DNA of 64,000 nt from Lepidodermella squamata (Eukaryota > Animalia > Gastrotricha). The first letter of the stretch is position 1. Each line of letters begins with the position of its first letter. The stretch lies in contig JBLDXI010000036.1 in assembly GCA_047495785.1 (NCBI GenBank), positions 434,001 through 498,000 of the forward strand, written 5' to 3'. Both the position numbers and the translations under genes were made by a program. The notes under the pieces were generated by a model. The model saw nothing but the letters and a program-made list of their open reading frames with translations, did not search any database and had not been told where the DNA came from. This document shows positions 61,419 to 64,000 of the stretch, in pieces.

Positions 61419-62857
61419 ATGGTTTGGTGGTTTACATTGTTCTTTTCAGTCGTTTTGTGTTTCGATTCGGCGTATGGTGGAAACGACGGAACGTTACAGA
61501 ACGTCACAAGCGTTACAGAAACGTTACAAACACTGCTTATAAGGGAGTGGGAGTCGCCGGAAACTATCATAAGCGATTTTGCTCTTAACTTGGTCGTAGA
61601 CGATGTCATACATTTCGATGTCAAGGAAAGTAATTTCGGTTCACTAGAGATTGTCGCGCATCTTACTGCAACTTGGTCTAATAGCACACTGGGATTTGGG
61701 GAACATTCTGAAAATTATACCTTCCTTACATATGCAAACCTCAGTGGCGCATTTGATGTCTATCTGGTGACCAACTACGAATATCCGGACAGCGCACACC
61801 CATTAATCTATCGTTTTTCTAACCACTACAGAAATACAAGTGGAGATGTACCTTATGTTACTCCAGATAACAAATTGAAAATCCTGTGCAGAATGAATTT
61901 TGCCAACTTTCCTTTTGACGAACAGGTAACAATACAATAGTGAAAGAAAGGATTTTCAGCTCAATTATATTTTAGGAGTGCCGTATTATGCTCATCTCAA
62001 GTTACCAGAAAAGGAGCTTTTCCAAACCTAAATGTGATGTTCTAACTCACGATGACTACGATATGTGGCAGCTGGATAACACCTGCAGAAGCGAACAGTG
62101 TCCTAGTGAACTGGGAAAACAATTCACTCCCTCCTGTTTTCTTTTTACATTAAAATTCAAACGGGATTCCAAATGGTATAAATGGCATTTTACATCGGGA
62201 CCATTATATTTCTTAATAATTCTATATTTGATTACATACCTTTATCGTTATAATGGAGACGATAATAGAATATGGAACAGCACTGCTCTCCACCTGGCGA
62301 CTCTTCTTTTATTTGTGAATTATTATTCTAATTCTATTAATGAATTTGGAAAGCTATTTCAAGTATTGACTCCTATGCAAACATACTTAGATGCTCTCAT
62401 ACTAATAGGGGCAGCCCCGCTGTTCTTAGACTTCGCGATGTTAACACTCCTTCAAAAAGAAGACGCAAAAGGTGCAATAGGGATGCTGCAAAATATTTGC
62501 CTTCTAATTTACGGTATTTGTTTCACCATGGTAGTGGTGCCATTTCAATTTGATAACCCTGACGTTTCCGCAATTTTATTTGGAAAATACTGGTGCTTGT
62601 TCTTCAATTTCTTCTTGTTAATCTACGGGTTGATATTTGTCTACATCCCTTCTACACGTTACATCATCGGAATCATTCTAGTTAGTGTTATTAGTTTAAT
62701 AATAACCTGTTTCGTACATTGCTTTACTTTGGATGATCAATACGGTACCATACAGGCAATGCTGATTTTATACGTCACTTTCTTCTTAATCTATCCTATC
62801 GCAGCAGTGATAATATCTTATGTCATTGAAGCTTGCGCTATTGGGTGCCAATCGTGA
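61419..62857 (+). CDS. Highly divergent Cys-loop receptor-like protein with extra C-terminal TM helices, 2 exons
   Basis: Signal peptide, LTATW, Cys-loop CRMNFANFPFDEQ|EC (C-x13-C across intron 61926-61975), F.LKFKR..KWY into M1, and about seven hydrophobic segments. Confidence 0.75.
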
Positions 62858-63090
62858 TTTGATTGTCTATGTAATTTGTGAGGCACTATTATGTTTTAAT
62901 CACGTTGTGTCAGCTGCTAATAACTATTCAAGCAACAGTAGAATTCATTAATTCATAATAATTTAACTGATAGAAGGCAATTCGTTTTTCCCCACATTCA
63001 ATATAGTGTTTCAATTGAAAGAATATATAAATGAAAATAAAATAATAATAATAAATTAAAATTAATACTACACCGGCCCCTTTGATTTAC

Positions 63091-63547
63091 CTGTGCTTGC
63101 ACAAACGATTTTGCACAAAAGCATTTGCACAAATGCAGTTGCACAAACGATTTTGCACAAACTCCATTTTCATAGCGGATTTCATCATTCAATGGCTAGA
63201 AAAGCTGTATAATGAAAGGGCAGCGCAGTCTTGAGTGATAGTAATAGAAAAATGGACATGGCATCGCTGATTGATTGATTTCAGCTTCATTTCTTCAATT
63301 CATCATTGCCCTAGGTCCGAACGTGAAACTCGCCACCGCTTGTAATTTAAACTCGAATCGGACGCATTAAAATATCTCAGCAGGGCCCGAAATCAGTCTT
63401 TGATGCCCATGGGCTTTGTCTTCAATTTGGTATATTCGATTTTCTTATTAAACTTGATTCCGCTTGAAAAATGGAGTTTGTGCGAAATATTTTGTGCAAC
63501 TGCATTTGTGCAAATGCTTTTGTGCAAGATCGTTTGTGCAAGTACAG
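63091..63547. mobile_element. MITE with ~80-bp TIRs built from TTGCACAA subrepeats
   Basis: 63091-63170 is inverted at ~63468-63547; CCCCTTT occurs near both ends. Confidence 0.7.
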
Positions 63548-63558
63548 ACATCCCCCTT

Positions 63559-64000
63559 TTAGTTTCCCCATTCCTGCTCCGTCGGTTTGCTAAGATCGGG
63601 TTCGCTTTTAGCTGGGCGACGGCAATTCTGTTTGATGTTTCTCTTCTTACCGCAATTAAAAAAAATTGAGGGGTCGACGCCTTGGAGCGTCCGGGCGTCG
63701 AAATCCACCACTTTGAAACGGTCGATTAAAACGGCAAAAAGGGCGTTCTTGGCTGTTGTTGGGGTCCCCAATGCGGAGTTTTTCAACTGTCTCAGCCGAT
63801 TTATCCACCTTTTCATCTTTCTTCTTTTGTAGCTGTGTCAGAAGACCGATTAGAAGTGGCGTGGTTGTGTCTGTCACGTTGCCGATTACTGCCGATGTGC
63901 CGATTGCTCCGAGTTACAGAGCTCTTTCTTCTCGTTCTGCCAGTTCTATTGCTCCATTCAAGTTGGTTGGATCTCCACTGGCTTTGAACACGGCAATTCG
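63559..64000 (-). pseudogene. Degenerate retrotransposon gag fragment
   Basis: Decayed zinc knuckle FFNCGKKRNIKQNC, preceded by an Arg/Pro-rich linker in another frame. Confidence 0.4.

Overview
Eukaryotic (invertebrate animal-like) genomic DNA with short GT-AG introns and many transposable elements. The centrepiece is an apparently intact 18.2-kb Maverick/Polinton (adintovirus-like endogenous virus) at 33755-51981. It has ~410-bp TIRs beginning AGTAGT and a 6-bp TSD (AATGCA), and all its genes lie on the minus strand. Core genes are pPolB with OTU and Vsr-like domains, an rve integrase, penton, major capsid protein, adenain protease, packaging ATPase and PW/PM-like proteins; several are split by about 20 short spliceosomal introns in total. 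Unusual cargo includes an F-box gene and a three-gene cassette next to one TIR: a tandem PC4-like protein, a divergent TATA-binding protein that keeps all four intercalating Phe residues, and an acidic protein with Pol II CTD-like heptads. The element sits inside a dispersed family of seven small secreted Cys-rich double-peptide precursor genes that share an upstream motif. Also present: two divergent Cys-loop receptor-like genes (one with three extra TM helices), a glycosyltransferase-like gene, a neuropeptide-like precursor, a GVGPVCW-repeat secreted protein, a C-type-lectin gene interrupted by a DNA transposon, an intron-containing KRBA2/Ginger-like integrase, two young non-autonomous LTR elements, a LINE 3' end and several MITEs. 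All homology calls come from motif recognition by eye; no database search was run.
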